From contig DAOVER010000088.1 in the NCBI GenBank assembly GCA_030668875.1, positions 1 through 7,707 of the forward strand: a DNA stretch of 7,707 nt, written 5' to 3'. A program made the position numbers and the translations under genes. Positions 6,599-7,707 of the stretch are shown one piece after another. The stretch is from Candidatus Heimdallarchaeota archaeon. GTDB lineage: Archaea; Asgardarchaeota; Heimdallarchaeia; Heimdallarchaeales; Heimdallarchaeaceae. The number at the start of each line of letters is the position of its first letter. Within the stretch, counting starts at the first letter, position 1. The notes below the pieces were generated by a model, which did no database searches, was not told the origin of the DNA, and saw only the letters and a program-made list of their open reading frames with translations.

Positions 6599-7482
6599 TG
6601 TCTGTGTTCTAAGCTAAGAATAATTATCCCAATCAGTGCGATTGAGATAGCAATACCTAAGATAGCTTGGTTAAGCACACTTAGAGACTGCCATTCAAAT
6701 AATACTAGACCTCCAAACAAGATAGGGATTATTGTTATAAATCCATTATACAATGCCATGACATTAGTCACTTTTCCTTTTCTGAAAGCCAACTGGAGTC
6801 CCCCAGTGGATCCAAGCGAGGTCAATAAGAAACCCGCTATATACAGAATTAACACATAAATCGCAGGATTGCTTTCTGTGGAAGAGAACCAAATAGTTAT
6901 TCCTTTTACTACAATTGCTTGTATTCCAGCAGCTACTCCAGCTACAAACGCAAACGAGTACGTAGTATGTTTTTTTAGTTTAAAGAAGAAAATAAAAGGT
7001 AAAATAATACATAATGCAATTGAGCTTAGGATCAGTATTAGTCCACTATAAGAATGAGCTAGTATATTCCAATCATTCCAAGTTAGTGGTTCTGTATTTA
7101 GACTAGTGAAATATGAAGAAATACTAACACCAACAATAACCAAAATAATTCCAATAATTTCTTTATAATTGAAAGATTCTTGTAGATCTATGTGAGCATA
7201 TGTTATCAGGATAACTAACCCAAATCCTGACAGAGGAGCAATAGCGCTTAATGGAGCCCAGATTAAAGCAACAAAATATAGAACAATGCTCAGTACTGTA
7301 AGAAAAAAACCTATTAGCCAGGTTTTATTGCGCAGTAGCTGTTTCATCATTGAAACAATTCTTTTCTGTTCCTCAGGCTTGAGTTTCTTTACTGCTTTTT
7401 TCTCTAGAGCAAACCCGACATTAAATGCAGAGTAAGAAAGTAAACCAGAAAGAATAGACACTATAAATAACCAAGAGCTCAT
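6574..7482 (-). CDS. DMT-superfamily transporter, NIPA (Mg2+ transporter)-like, about 9 TM helices
   Basis: LLRNKTWLIGFFL...YFVALIWAPLSAIAPLSGFGLV...LQE...EIIGIILVIVG and LQLAFRKGKVTNVMALYNGF...FGGLVLFE match the NIPA/DMT pattern. There are nine hydrophobic segments. ATG 7482 is preferred over TTG 7491 because of TATA spacing. The substrate is not established. Confidence 0.82.
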   Translation of the reverse strand: MSSWLFIVSILSGLLSYSAFNVGFALEKKAVKKLKPEEQKRIVSMMKQLLRNKTWLIGFFLTVLSIVLYFVALIWAPLSAIAPLSGFGLVILITYAHIDLQESFNYKEIIGIILVIVGVSISSYFTSLNTEPLTWNDWNILAHSYSGLILILSSIALCIILPFIFFFKLKKHTTYSFAFVAGVAAGIQAIVVKGITIWFSSTESNPAIYVLILYIAGFLLTSLGSTGGLQLAFRKGKVTNVMALYNGFITIIPILFGGLVLFEWQSLSVLNQAILGIAISIALIGIIILSLEHRHQSLDNSR

Positions 7483-7505
7483 TATGTTCAACTTGGTGAA
7501 AATGC

Positions 7506-7520
7506 TTTTATATGTTTTTA
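7506..7520 (-). promoter_or_regulatory. Candidate BRE/TATA (TAAAAACA-TATAAAA on the - strand) for the DMT gene
   Basis: TATAAAA (complement of 7506-7512) lies 24-30 nt upstream of ATG 7482. Confidence 0.5.
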
Positions 7521-7579
7521 CATCGATTTTTTTGTGAACTCAGAGTGGTTTGATTCTGCAATTATGAATATGTTTTTAC
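7510..7579. repeat. 12-bp direct repeat ATATGTTTTTAC, two copies
   Basis: Exact copies lie at 7510-7521 and 7568-7579. The core TGTTTTTA recurs at 7632-7639. Confidence 0.6.
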
Positions 7580-7633
7580 CTTTTTGTCTTATTAGCTTGT
7601 AAAACTAGTAACATTTTCGAGATAGTACAGGTG

Positions 7634-7641
7634 TTTTTATA
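7634..7641 (+). promoter_or_regulatory. Candidate TATA box (TTTTTATA) for the right-edge gene
   Basis: It lies 23-30 nt upstream of ATG 7664. Confidence 0.45.
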
Positions 7642-7663
7642 GTGAACTCTAGGTCAACGAAGG

Positions 7664-7707
7664 ATGGCAAAGGTACTGCGTGCAGAACGTATAGAAGTGG
7701 AGTATCA
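7664..7707 (+). CDS. Probable start of a gene running off the window (MAKVLRAERIEVEY...); weakly resembles the first strand of ABC-transporter ATPases
   Basis: The ATG has a correctly spaced TATA-like box and AAGG immediately upstream, and the frame is open to the edge. Only 14 codons are visible, so the product guess is weak. Confidence 0.45.
   Translation, partial: MAKVLRAERIEVEY

Noticed and set aside
6596-6859. Possible selenocysteine or other readthrough of the deaminase TGA (86 further open codons)
   Set aside because: The enzyme domain is complete before the TGA. The open stretch is codon-aligned antisense of the DMT gene, and I recognised no SECIS.
6869-7051. 60-aa plus-strand ORF
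   Set aside because: Antisense to the DMT gene. Open antisense frames are common opposite hydrophobic membrane-protein codons.

Overview
AT-rich (roughly one-third GC, by eye) archaeal chromosomal region, most likely from an Asgard archaeon. This is inferred from a 7TM-longin fusion protein and TATA-like boxes about 24-31 nt before start codons. Five + strand genes come first: a 5'-truncated CocE/NonD-family hydrolase, an uncharacterised membrane protein, an AmmeMemoRadiSam-type radical SAM enzyme, a 7TM receptor-like protein with a cytoplasmic longin-like domain, and an MtaD/DadD-type adenosine-derivative deaminase. A convergent NIPA-like DMT transporter follows on the - strand, then the probable start of a divergent gene at the right edge. 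I saw no rRNA, tRNA, CRISPR array or mobile element. The most interesting item is the 7TM-longin fusion. It has an operator-like palindrome over its TATA box and sits between an enzyme predicted to make 5'-deoxyadenosine and one predicted to deaminate it. Any functional link among these three genes is a hypothesis only.
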